Below, piece by piece: positions 36,101 to 50,000 of a stretch of 64,000 nt of DNA. The position numbers and the translations under genes were made by a program. Under the pieces are notes generated by a model. The model saw only the letters and a program-made list of their open reading frames with translations. It was not told the DNA's origin and did no database searches. This DNA comes from the human T2T-CHM13v2.0 reference genome, Homo sapiens. The stretch lies in assembly GCF_009914755.1 (NCBI RefSeq), contig NC_060946.1; one strand, 5' to 3'. Positions within the stretch are counted from its first letter, which is position 1. Every line of letters starts with the position of its first letter.

Positions 36101-39100
36101 AAGAAGTATCTCAGAATGGTTCTATGTAGTTTTTACGTGAAGATATTTCCTTTTCCACAATAGGCCTCAAAGGGCTCCAAATATCAACTTACAGTTTCTA
36201 CAAAAAGAGTGTTTCAAATCTGCTCAATCAAAAGAAAGTTTCAACTCTGTGAGTTGAATGCACACATCGCAAAAAAGTTTCTCAGAAAGCTTTTGTGTAG
36301 CTTTTATCTGAAGTTATTTGCTTTTCCACAGTAGGCCTCAAAGCGTTCCAAATATCCACTTGCAGATTCTGCAAAAGAGAGATTAAAAACTGCTCAATAA
36401 TAAGATAGTTTCAACTCTGTGAGTTGAATGCATACATCACAAAGAAATTTCTATGAATGCTTCTGTGTAGTTTTTATTTGAAGATATTTCCTTTTCCACC
36501 ATGGGGCTCAAAGAGCTCCAAATATCTACCTGCAGATTTTATAAAAAGAGAGATTCAAAACTGCTCAATGAGAAAATAAGTTAAACTCTGTGGGTTGAGT
36601 GCACACCTCACAGAGAAGTTTCTCAGAATGCTTCTGTGTAGTTTTTATGTGAAGATATTTGCTTTTCCATAATAGGTTTCAAAGCTCTCCAAACATCCAC
36701 TTGCAGATTCTGCAAAAAGAGAGCTTCTAAACTGCTCAATCAAAATATAGGTTCAACTCTGTGAGTTGAATGCACACATCAGAAAGAAGTTTATCAGAAT
36801 GCTTCTGTGTAGTTTTTATTTGAAGATATTTCCTTTTCCACAATAGTCCTCAAAGGGCTCCAATTATCCACTAGCAGATTGTACAAAAAGAGTGTTTCAA
36901 AACTGCTCCATCAAAAGAAAGTTTCAACTCTATGACATGAATGCACGCACCACAAAGAACTTTCCCAGAATATTTATGTGTAGTTTTTATGTGAAGACAT
37001 TTCCTTTTCCACAATAGGCCACAAAGCTTTGCAAACATACACTTGCAGATTCTGCAAAAAGAAAGATTCAAAAATCCTCAATCAAAAGATAGGTTCAACT
37101 CTTGTGAGTTGAATGCACACATTGCAAAGAAGTTTCTCAGAATACTTCTATGTAGTTTTCATGGGAAGATATTTCCTTTTCCACAACAGGCCTCAAAGGG
37201 CTCCAAATATCCACTTGCAGATTCTACAAAAAGAGTGTTTCAAAACTGCTCCATCAAGAGAAAGTTTTAACTCTGTGAGATGAATGCAAACATCACAAAG
37301 ATGTTTCTCTGAATGCTTCTGTGTAGTTTTAATCTGAAGATAATTGCTTTTCCACGGTAGGCCTTAAGGCCCTCAAAATATCCAGTTGCAGATTCTGCAA
37401 AAAGAGAGATTCAAAACTGCTCATTCTTAAGATAGGTTCAAGTCTGTGAGTTGAATGCATACATCACAAAGAAGTTTATCAGAATGCTCCTGAATAGTTT
37501 TTATGTGAAGATATTTACTTTTCCACAATAGCCCTCAAAGGGCTCCAAATATCCAGTTGCAGATTCTACAAAAAGAGTGTTTCAAAACTGCTCAATCATA
37601 AGATAGTTTCAACCCTGTGAGATGAATGCACACATCACAAAGAAGTTTCTCAGTATGTTTCTGTTTAGTTTTTATTTGAAAATATTTCTTTTTCCACCAA
37701 AGGCCGCAAATGGCTCCAAATATCTACTTGCAGTTTCTGCCAAAAGAGAGATTCAAATCTGCTCAATCAAAAGATAGGTTCAACTCTGTGAGTTGAATGC
37801 ACACATCCCAAAGAAGTTTCTCAGAATGCTTCTGTGTAGTTTTTATATGAAGATATTTGCTTTTCCTCAGTATGCCTCAAAGGGCAGCAAATATCCACTT
37901 GCAGATTCTACAAATAGAGAGATTCAAAACTGCTCAATGAGAAGAAAAGTTTAACTCTGTGGGTTGAATGGACTCCTCATAAAGAAGTTTCTCAGAATGC
38001 TTCTGTGTAGTTTTTATGTGAAGATATTTCCTTTTCCACAATATTCCTCAAAGGGCTCCAAATATCCAGTTGCAGATTCTACAAAAAGAGTGTTTCAAAA
38101 CTGCTCAATCAAAGGAAAGTTTCAACTCTGTGAGACGAATGCACACATCACTAAGAAGTTTCTCAGAATGCTTCTGTTTAGTTTTTGTTTGTAGGTATAT
38201 GCTTTTCCACGGTAGGCCTCAATTCCCTCTAAATATCCACTTGCAGATTCTACAAAAACAGTGTTTCAAAACTGCTCAATAAAACGGTAGGTTCAAACCT
38301 GTGAGATAAATGCACATATCACAAAGAAGTTTCTCAGAATTCTTCTGTGTAATTTTTATCTGAAGATATTTCCTTTTCCACCATAGGACACAATGGGCTC
38401 CAAATATCCACTTGTACATTCTACAAAAAGAGAGACGCAAAACTGCTCAAAGAGGACATATGTTCAACTCTGTGAGTTGAATGCACACGACACAAAGAAG
38501 TTTCTCAGAATGGTTCTGTGTAGTTTTTATGTGAAAATATTTCCCTTTCCACAATATGCCTGAAAGCTCTCCAAACATCCCCTTGCAGATTCTGCCAAAA
38601 GAGAAATTCAAAACTGCTAAATCAAAAGATATGTTCAGCCCTGTGAGTTGAATGCACACATCACAAATAAGTTTCTGAGAATGTTTCTTTGTAGTTCTTA
38701 TTTGAAGATATTTCCTTTTCTACCATAGCCCTCAAAGGGCTCCAATTATTCACTTGCAGATTCTACAAAAAGAGTGTTTCAAAACTGCTCAATCAAAAGA
38801 AACTTTCAACACTGTGAGATGAATGCAAACATCAAAAAGAAGTATCTCAGAATGGTTCTATGTAGTTTTTACGTGAAGATATTTCCTTTTCCACAATAGG
38901 CCTCAAAGGGCTCCAAATATCAACTTACAGTTTCTACAAAAAGAGTGTTTCAAATCTGCTCAATCAAAAGAAAGTTTCAACTCTGTGAGTTGAATGCACA
39001 CATCGCAAAAAAGTTTCTCAGAAAGCTTTTGTGTAGCTTTTATCTGAAGTTATTTGCTTTTCCACAGTAGGCCTCAAAGCGTTCCAAATATCCACTTGCA

Positions 39101-42100
39101 GATTCTGCAAAAGAGAGATTAAAAACTGCTCAATAATAAGATAGTTTCAACTCTGTGAGTTGAATGCATACATCACAAAGAAATTTCTATGAATGCTTCT
39201 GTGTAGTTTTTATTTGAAGATATTTCCTTTTCCACCATGGGGCTCAAAGAGCTCCAAATATCTACCTGCAGATTTTATAAAAAGAGAGATTCAAAACTGC
39301 TCAATGAGAAAATAAGTTAAACTCTGTGGGTTGAGTGCACACCTCACAGAGAAGTTTCTCAGAATGCTTCTGTGTAGTTTTTATGTGAAGATATTTGCTT
39401 TTCCATAATAGGTTTCAAAGCTCTCCAAACATCCACTTGCAGATTCTGCAAAAAGAGAGCCTCTAAACTGCTCAATCAAAATATAGGTTCAACTCTGTGA
39501 GTTGAATGCACACATCAGAAAGAAGTTTATCAGAATGCTTCTGTGTAGTTTTTATTTGAAGATATTTCCTTTTCCACAATAGTCCTCAAAGGGCTCCAAT
39601 TATCCACTAGCAGATTGTACAAAAAGAGTGTTTCAAAACTGCTCCATCAAAAGAAAGTTTCAACTCTATGACATGAATGCACGCACCACAAAGAACTTTC
39701 CCAGAATATTTATGTGTAGTTTTTATGTGAAGACATTTCCTTTTCCACAATAGGCCACAAAGCTTTGCAAACATACACTTGCAGATTCTGCAAAAAGAAA
39801 GATTCAAAAATCCTCAATCAAAAGATAGGTTCAACTCTTGTGAGTTGAATGCACACATTGCAAAGAAGTTTCTCAGAATACTTCTATGTAGTTTTCATGG
39901 GAAGATATTTCCTTTTCCACAACAGGCCTCAAAGGGCTCCAAATATCCACTTGCAGATTCTACAAAAAGAGTGTTTCAAAACTGCTCCATCAAGAGAAAG
40001 TTTTAACTCTGTGAGATGAATGCAAACATCACAAAGATGTTTCTCTGAATGCTTCTGTGTAGTTTTAATCTGAAGATAATTGCTTTTCCACGGTAGGCCT
40101 TAAGGCCCTCAAAATATCCAGTTGCAGATTCTGCAAAAAGAGAGATTCAAAACTGCTCATTCTTAAGATAGGTTCAAGTCTGTGAGTTGAATGCATACAT
40201 CACAAAGAAGTTTATCAGAATGCTCCTGAATAGTTTTTATGTGAAGATATTTACTTTTCCACAATAGCCCTCAAAGGGCTCCAAATATCCAGTTGCAGAT
40301 TCTACAAAAAGAGTGTTTCAAAACTGCTCAATCATAAGATAGTTTCAACCCTGTGAGATGAATGCACACATCACAAAGAAGTTTCTCAGTATGTTTCTGT
40401 TTAGTTTTTATTTGAAAATATTTCTTTTTCCACCAAAGGCCGCAAATGGCTCCAAATATCTACTTGCAGTTTCTGCCAAAAGAGAGATTCAAATCTGCTC
40501 AATCAAAAGATAGGTTCAACTCTGTGAGTTGAATGCACACATCCCAAAGAAGTTTCTCAGAATGCTTCTGTGTAGTTTTTATATGAAGATATTTGCTTTT
40601 CCTCAGTATGCCTCAAAGGGCAGCAAATATCCACTTGCAGATTCTACAAATAGAGAGATTCAAAACTGCTCAATGAGAAGAAAAGTTTAACTCTGTGGGT
40701 TGAATGGACTCCTCATAAAGAAGTTTCTCAGAATGCTTCTGTGTAGTTTTTATGTGAAGATATTTCCTTTTCCACAATATTCCTCAAAGGGCTCCAAATA
40801 TCCAGTTGCAGATTCTACAAAAAGAGTGTTTCAAAACTGCTCAATCAAAGGAAAGTTTCAACTCTGTGAGACGAATGCACACATCACTAAGAAGTTTCTC
40901 AGAATGCTTCTGTTTAGTTTTTGTTTGTAGGTATATGCTTTTCCACGGTAGGCCTCAATTCCCTCTAAATATCCACTTGCAGATTCTACAAAAACAGTGT
41001 TTCAAAACTGCTCAATAAAACGGTAGGTTCAAACCTGTGAGATAAATGCACATATCACAAAGAAGTTTCTCAGAATTCTTCTGTGTAATTTTTATCTGAA
41101 GATATTTCCTTTTCCACCATAGGACACAATGGGCTCCAAATGTCCACTTGTACATTCTACAAAAAGAGAGACGCAAAACTGCTCAAAGAGGACATATGTT
41201 CAACTCTGTGAGTTGAATGCACACGACACAAAGAAGTTTCTCAGAATGGTTCTGTGTAGTTTTTATGTGAAAATATTTCCCTTTCCACAATATGCCTGAA
41301 AGCTCTCCAAACATCCCCTTGCAGATTCTGCCAAAAGAGAAATTCAAAACTGCTAAATCAAAAGATATGTTCAGCCCTGTGAGTTGAATGCACACATCAC
41401 AAATAAGTTTCTGAGAATGTTTCTTTGTAGTTCTTATTTGAAGATATTTCCTTTTCTACCATAGCCCTCAAAGGGCTCCAATTATTCACTTGCAGATTCT
41501 ACAAAAAGAGTGTTTCAAAACTGCTCAATCAAAAGAAAGTTTCAACACTGTGAGATGAATGCAAACATCAAAAAGAAGTATCTCAGAATGGTTCTATGTA
41601 GTTTTTACGTGAAGATATTTCCTTTTCCACAATAGGCCTCAAAGGGCTCCAAATATCAACTTACAGTTTCTACAAAAAGAGTGTTTCAAATCTGCTCAAT
41701 CAAAAGAAAGTTTCAACTCTGTGAGTTGAATGCACACATCGCAAAAAAGTTTCTCAGAAAGCTTTTGTGTAGCTTTTATCTGAAGTTATTTGCTTTTCCA
41801 CAGTAGGCCTCAAAGCGTTCCAAATATCCACTTGCAGATTCTGCAAAAGAGAGATTAAAAACTGCTCAATAATAAGATAGTTTCAACTCTGTGAGTTGAA
41901 TGCATACATCACAAAGAAATTTCTATGAATGCTTCTGTGTAGTTTTTATTTGAAGATATTTCCTTTTCCACCATGGGGCTCAAAGAGCTCCAAATATCTA
42001 CCTGCAGATTTTATAAAAAGAGAGATTCAAAACTGCTCAATGAGAAAATAAGTTAAACTCTGTGGGTTGAGTGCACACCTCACAGAGAAGTTTCTCAGAA

Positions 42101-44066
42101 TGCTTCTGTGTAGTTTTTATGTGAAGATATTTGCTTTTCCATAATAGGTTTCAAAGCTCTCCAAACATCCACTTGCAGATTCTGCAAAAAGAGAGCTTCT
42201 AAACTGCTCAATCAAAATATAGGTTCAACTCTGTGAGTTGAATGCACACATCAGAAAGAAGTTTATCAGAATGCTTCTGTGTAGTTTTTATTTGAAGATA
42301 TTTCCTTTTCCACAATAGTCCTCAAAGGGCTCCAATTATCCACTAGCAGATTGTACAAAAAGAGTGTTTCAAAACTGCTCCATCAAAAGAAAGTTTCAAC
42401 TCTATGACATGAATGCACGCACCACAAAGAACTTTCCCAGAATATTTATGTGTAGTTTTTATGTGAAGACATTTCCTTTTCCACAATAGGCCACAAAGCT
42501 TTGCAAACATACACTTGCAGATTCTGCAAAAAGAAAGATTCAAAAATCCTCAATCAAAAGATAGGTTCAACTCTTGTGAGTTGAATGCACACATTGCAAA
42601 GAAGTTTCTCAGAATACTTCTATGTAGTTTTCATGGGAAGATATTTCCTTTTCCACAACAGGCCTCAAAGGGCTCCAAATATCCACTTGCAGATTCTACA
42701 AAAGAGTGTTTCAAAACTGCTCCATCAAGAGAAAGTTTTAACTCTGTGAGATGAATGCAAACATCACAAAGATGTTTCTCTGAATGCTTCTGTGTAGTTT
42801 TAATCTGAAGATAATTGCTTTTCCACGGTAGGCCTTAAGGCCCTCAAAATATCCAGTTGCAGATTCTGCAAAAAGAGAGATTCAAAACTGCTCATTCTTA
42901 AGATAGGTTCAAGTCTGTGAGTTGAATGCATACATCACAAAGAAGTTTATCAGAATGCTCCTGAATAGTTTTTATGTGAAGATATTTACTTTTCCACAAT
43001 AGCCCTCAAAGGGCTCCAAATATCCAGTTGCAGATTCTACAAAAAGAGTGTTTCAAAACTGCTCAATCATAAGATAGTTTCAACCCTGTGAGATGAATGC
43101 ACACATCACAAAGAAGTTTCTCAGTATGTTTCTGTTTAGTTTTTATTTGAAAATATTTCTTTTTCCACCAAAGGCCGCAAATGGCTCCAAATATCTACTT
43201 GCAGTTTCTGCCAAAAGAGAGATTCAAATCTGCTCAATCAAAAGATAGGTTCAACTCTGTGAGTTGAATGCACACATCCCAAAGAAGTTTCTCAGAATGC
43301 TTCTGTGTAGTTTTTATATGAAGATATTTGCTTTTCCTCAGTATGCCTCAAAGGGCAGCAAATATCCACTTGCAGATTCTACAAATAGAGAGATTCAAAA
43401 CTGCTCAATGAGAAGAAAAGTTTAACTCTGTGGGTTGAATGGACTCCTCATAAAGAAGTTTCTCAGAATGCTTCTGTGTAGTTTTTATGTGAAGATATTT
43501 CCTTTTCCACAATATTCCTCAAAGGGCTCCAAATATCCAGTTGCAGATTCTACAAAAAGAGTGTTTCAAAACTGCTCAATCAAAGGAAAGTTTCAACTCT
43601 GTGAGACGAATGCACACATCACTAAGAAGTTTCTCAGAATGCTTCTGTTTAGTTTTTGTTTGTAGGTATATGCTTTTCCACGGTAGGCCTCAATTCCCTC
43701 TAAATATCCACTTGCAGACTCTACAAAAACAGTGTTTCAAAACTGCTCAATAAAACGGTAGGTTCAAACCTGTGAGATAAATGCACATATCACAAAGAAG
43801 TTTCTCAGAATTCTTCTGTGTAATTTTTATCTGAAGATATTTCCTTTTCCACCATAGGACACAATGGGCTCCAAATATCCACTTGTACATTCTACAAAAA
43901 GAGAGACGCAAAACTGCTCAAAGAGGACATATGTTCAACTCTGTGAGTTGAATGCACACGACACAAAGAAGTTTCTCAGAATGGTTCTGTGTAGTTTTTA
44001 TGTGAAAATATTTCCCTTTCCACAATATGCCTGAAAGCTCTCCAAACATCCCCTTGCAGATTCTGC
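33125..44066 (-). repeat. Alpha-satellite higher-order repeat: 4 copies of a 2736-bp 16-mer
   Basis: Identical ORFs recur at 34135, 36871, 39607 and 42343 (spacing 2736 = 16 x 171). Only a handful of differences seen between copies. Confidence 0.97.
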
Positions 44067-47000
44067 AAAAAGAGAGATTCAAAACTACTCAATCAAAAGA
44101 TAGGTTCAACTATGTGAGTTGAATGCACACATCACAAATAAGTTTCTCAGAATGCTTCTGTGTTGTTTTTATGTGAACATATTTGATTTTCCACAATAGG
44201 CCTCACGGCGCTCCAAATATCCACTTGCAGAATCTATAAGAGAGGTTCAAAACTGCTCAATCAAAAGATAGGTTCAAATCTGTGAGTTGAATGCACACAT
44301 CATGAAGAAGTTTCTGAGAATGCTTCTGTGTAGTTTTTATTTGAAGATATTTCCTTTTCCACCATAGGGTGCAAAGGGCCCCAAATATTCCCTTGCAGAT
44401 TCTACAAAAATAGAGAGTCTAAACCGCTCAATTGAAAGAGAGGTTGAACTCTGTGAGTTGAACACACACATCTCAAAGTAGTTTCTCAGAATGCTTCTGA
44501 GTAGTTTTTTATGTGAAGATATTTCCTTTTCCACAATAGGCCTCAAAGGGCTCCAATTATCCACTTGCAGATTCTACAAAAAGAGAGTTTCAAAACTGCC
44601 TAATCAAAAGTAAAGTTCAACTCTGTGAGATGAATGCCTATATCACAAAGATGTTTCTCAGAATGCTTCTGTGTAGTTTTTATGGGAAGATATTTCCTTT
44701 TCCACTATAGGCCTCAAGGGGCTCCAAATATCCAATTGAAGATTCTAGAAAAAGAGTGTTTCAAAACTGCTCAATCAAAAGAAAGGTTCAACTCTGTGAG
44801 ATGAATGCACACATCATAAGCAAGTTTCTCAGAATGCTTCTATGTAGTTTTAATCTGAAGATATTAGCTTTTCCATGCTAGGCCTCAATTCGCTCCAAAT
44901 ATCCACTTGCAGACTCTACAAAAAGAGTGTTTCAAAATTGCTGAATCATAAGATAAGTTCAACCCTGTGAGATGAAAGAACACATAACAAAGAAGTTTCT
45001 TGCAATGTTTCCGTGCAGTTTTTATTTGAAGATATTTCCTTTTCCACCATAGGCCACAAAGGGCTCCAAATATCCACTTGCAGATTCTGCAAAAAGAGAG
45101 ATTCAAAACTGCTCAATCAAAAGATAATTTCAACTCTGTGAGTTGAATGCTCACATCCCAAAGAAGTTTCTCTGAATGCTTCTGTGTAGTTTTTTTGTGA
45201 AGGTATTTTCTTTTCCACAGTAGCATTCAAATGGCTCCAAGTATCCACCTTCAGATTCGGCAAAAAGAGAGATTCAAAACTGCGCAATCAAAAGATAGCT
45301 TCAACTCTGTGAGTTGAATGCATACATCATGAAGAAGTTTCTGAGAATGCTTCTCTGTGGTTTTTATTTGAAGATACTTCCTTTTCCACCATAGAGGGCA
45401 AAGGGCTCCAAATATCCACTTGCATATCCTACAAAAAGAGAGATTCTAAACTGCTCAATCTAAAGATAGGTTCAACTCTGTGAGTTGAATGCACAAATCA
45501 CAAAGAAGTTTCTCAGAATGCTTCTGTGTAGTTTTTATGTGAAGATATTTGCTTTTCCACAATACGCTTCAGAGCTCTCCAAACATCCACTTGCAGATTC
45601 TGCAAAAAGAGAGATTCTAAACTGCTCATTCAAAAGATAGTTTCAACTCTGTGAGTTGAATGCACAAATCACCAAGAAGTTTCTCAGAATGTTTCTGAGT
45701 AGTTTTTATGTGAAGATATATCCTTTTCCACAGTAGGCCACAAAGGGCTCCAATTATCCAATTGCACATTCTTCAAAAAGAGTGTTTCAAAACTGCTCAA
45801 TCAAAAGAAAAGTTTAACCCTGTGATATGAATGCACACATCACAAAGAAATTTCTCAGATGCTTCTGTGTAGTTTTTATATGAAGATATTTTATTTTCCA
45901 CAGTAGGCCTCACAGCGCTCCAAATATCCACTTGAAGATTCTACAAAAGAGAGACTCAAAACTACTCAATCAAAAGATAGGTTCAACTCTGTCAGTTGAA
46001 TGCACACATCATGAAGAAGTTTCTGAGAATGCTTCTGTGTAGTTTTTGTCTGAAGATATTTCCTTTTCCACCATAGTGTGCAAAGGGCTCCAAATATCCA
46101 CTTGCAGATTCTACAAAGAGAGAAATTCAAATCTTCTCAATCAAAAGATAAGTTCAACTCTGTGAGTTGAATGCACACATCACAAAGAAGCTTCTCAGAA
46201 TGCTTCTGAGTAGCTTTAAGTGAAGATATTTTCTTTTCCACAGTATGCCTCAAAGGGCTGAAAATATAAACCTGCAGATTCCGCAAAAAGAGAGATTGAA
46301 AACTGCTTAATCAAAAGATAGCTTCAACTCTGTGAGTTGAATGCATACATCACAAAGAAGTTTCTCCGATTACTTCTGTGTAGTTTTTATTTGAAGATAT
46401 TTCTTTTTCCACCATAGGGCCAAAGGGCTTCAAATATCCACTTGCAGATTCTACAAAAAGAGGGATTCAAAACTGGTCAATGAGAAGATAAGTTCCACTC
46501 TGTGAGTTGAATGCACACCTCACAAAGAAGTTTCTCAGAATGCTTCTGTGTACTTTTTATGTGAAGATATTTTCTTCTCCACAATTGGTCTCAAAGATCT
46601 CCAAACCTCTACCTGCATATTCTGCAAAAGGAGAAATTCAAAACTGCTCAATCAAAAGGTAGGTTCACCTCTGTGAGTTGCATGCACACATCACAAAGAA
46701 GTTTCTCAGAATGTTTCTTTGTAGTTTTTATGTGAACATATTTGATTTTCCACATTAGGTCTCACAGTGCTCCAAATATCCACTTGCAGATTCTACAAAA
46801 AGAGAGATTCAAAACTGCTCAATCAAAAGCTGGGTTCAATTCTGTGAGTTGAATGCACACATTACGATGAAGTTTCTGAGAATGCTTCTGTGTAGTTTTT
46901 ATATGAAGATATTTACTTTTCCTCCATAGGGTGCAAGGGCTCCAAATATCCACGTGCAGATTCTACAAAAAGACAAATTCTAAACTGCTCAATCAAAAGA

Positions 47001-50000
47001 TAGGTTCAACACTGTGAGTACAATGCACACATCACTAAGAAGTTGCTCAGAATGCTTCTGTGTAGTTTTTATGTGAAGATATTTGCTTTACCATGGTAGG
47101 TCTCAAAGCGCTCCAAATATCCACCTGCAGACTCTACAAAAAGAGTGTTTCAAAACTGCTCAATCATAAGATAGGCTCAATCCTGTGAGATGAATGCATA
47201 CATCACAAAGAAGTTTCTCAGAATGTTTCTGTGAAGTTTTTATTTGAAATATGTCCTTTTCCACCATTGGCCGCAAAGGGCTTCAAATATCCACTTGCAG
47301 ATTCTGCAAAGAGAGAGATTCAAAACCGTTCAATCAGAAGAAAGGTTCAAACCTGTGAGTTGAATTCACACATTCCAAAGAATTTTCCAAGAATGCTTCT
47401 GTGTAGTTTTTAAGTGAAGATATTTGCTTTTCCACAGAAGGCCTTAAAGAGTTACAAATATCATCCTGCAGATTCTGCAAAAGAGATTCAAAACTGCTTA
47501 ATCAAAAGATATGTTCAGCTCTGTGAGTTGAATGCACACATCACTAAGTAGTTTCTGAGAATGCTTCTGTGAATTTTTTGTTTGAAGATATTTCCTTTTC
47601 CACCTCAGGGTGCAAAGGGTTCCAAATATCCACTTACAAATTCTACAAAAAGAGAGATTCTAAACTGCTCAATCAAAAAGTAGGTTCAACTCTGTGAGTT
47701 CAATGCTCACATCACAAAGAAGTTTCTCAGAATGCTTCTGAGTAGTTTTTATGTGAAGATATTTGCTTTTCCACAATAGGCCTCAAAGGGCTCCAATTAT
47801 CCACTTGCAGATTCTACAAAAGAGTGTTTCAAAACTGCTCAATCAAAAGAAAAGTTCAACTCTGTGAGATGAATTCACACATCCCAAAGGATTTTCTCAG
47901 AATGCTTCTGTGTAGTCTTTAAGTGAAGATATTTGCTTTCACACAGTAGACCTCAAAGGCTCCAAATATAAACCTGCCGATTCTGCAAAAAGACAGATTC
48001 AAAACTGCTCAATCAAAAGAAAGGTTCAACTCTGTGAGATGAATGCACACATCACAAAGAAGTTTCTCATAATGCTTCTGTGTAGTTTTTATCTGAAGAT
48101 AGTTGCTTTTCCATAGTAGGCCTCAAAGCGCTCCAAATATCCACTTGCAGATTCTACAAAAAGACAGATTCTAAACTTCTCAATGAGAAGATAAGTTCAA
48201 CTCTGTGAGTTGAATGCACACCTCACAAAGAAGTTTCTCAGAATGCTTCTGTGTAGTTTTTATTTGAAGTTATTTGCTTTTCCAAAATAGTCCTCAAAGC
48301 TCTCCAAATATCCACTTTCAGATTCTGCAAAAAGAGAGATTCAAAACTGCTCAGTCAAAAGGTAGTTCAGCGTTGGGAGTTGAATGCACACATCACAAAG
48401 AAGTTTCTCAGAATGCTTCTGTGTTTTTTTTATGTGAACATATTTGATTTTCCACAGTAGGCCTCAAAGGGCTGCAAATATCCACTTGCAGATTCTACAA
48501 AAAGAGAGATTCAAAACTGCTCAATCAAAATATAGGTTCAAATCTGTGAGTTTAATGCACACATCACATAGAACTTTCTCAGAATTCTTCTGTGTGGTTT
48601 TTATTTGAAGATATGTCCTTTACCATCATAGGGCCCAAAAGGCTCCAAATAGCCACTTGCAGATTCTACAAAGAGAGAGATTCTAAACTGCATAATCAAA
48701 AGATAGGTTCAACTCTGTGAGTTGAATGCACACATCACAAAGAAGTTTCTCAGAATGCTTATGAGTAGTTTTTATGTGAAGATATTTCTTTTTCCACAAT
48801 ACGCCACAGAGGGCTCCAATTAACCACTTGCAGATTCTACAAAAAGAGTGTTTCAAAACTGCTCAATAAAACGAAATGTTCAACTCTGTGAAATGAATGC
48901 ACACATCACAAAGAAGTTTCTCTGAATGCTTCTGTGTAGTTTTTATGAGAAGATATTTCCTTTTCCACAATAGTCCTCTAGGGGCTCCAAATATCCCCTG
49001 CAGATCCTACAAAAAGAGTTTCAAAACTGCTCAATGAAATTAAAGGTTCAACTCTGTGAGATGAATGCACACATCACAGAGAAGTTTCTCAGAATGCTTC
49101 TGTGTAGTTTTTGTGTGAAGATATTTGCTTTTCCACGTTAGACCTGAAAGCACTCCAATTATCCACTTGCAGATACTGCAAAAAGAGAGATTCAAAACTG
49201 CTCAATTAAAAGATAGGTTCAACTCTGTGAGTTGAATGCACACATCACAAAGAAGTTTCTCAGAATGCTTTTTTGTAGTTTTCATGTGAACATATTTGAT
49301 TTTTTACAGTAGACCTCACAGCGCTCCAAATATCCACTTGCAGATTCTACAAAAAGAGAGATTCAATACTGCTCAATCAAAGGACAGGTTCAACTCTGTG
49401 AGTTGAATGCACACATCACGAAGTAGTATCTGAGAATGCTTCTGTGAAGTTGTTATATGAAGATATTTCCTTTTTTACCATAGGTCACAAAAGGCTCCAA
49501 ATATCCACTTGCACATTCTACAAAAAGAGAGATTCTAAACTGGTCTATCAAAAGATAGGTTCATCTCTTTGAATTGAATGTGCACATCACAAAGAAGTTT
49601 CTCAGATTGTTTCCGAGTAGTTTTTATGTGAAGATATTTCTTTTTCCACAATAGGCCTCAAAGGGCTCCAATTATTCACTTACAGATTCTACAAAAAGTG
49701 TATCAAAACTGCAGAATCAAAAGAAAGGTTCAACTCTCTGAGATGAATGCACACATCACAAAGAAGTTTCTCAGGATGCTTCTGTGTAGTTTTTATTTAA
49801 GGATATTTCCTTTTCCACCTTAGGCTGCAAAGGCTTCCAAATATCCACTTGCAGATTCTGCAAAAAGAGAGATTCAAAACTGCTCAATCAAAAGATAGGT
49901 TCAACTCTGTGAGTTGAATGCACGTATCCCAAAGTAGTTTCTCAGAATGTTTCTGTATAGTTTTTATGTGAAGATATTTCCTCTTCCACAGTAAGCCTCC

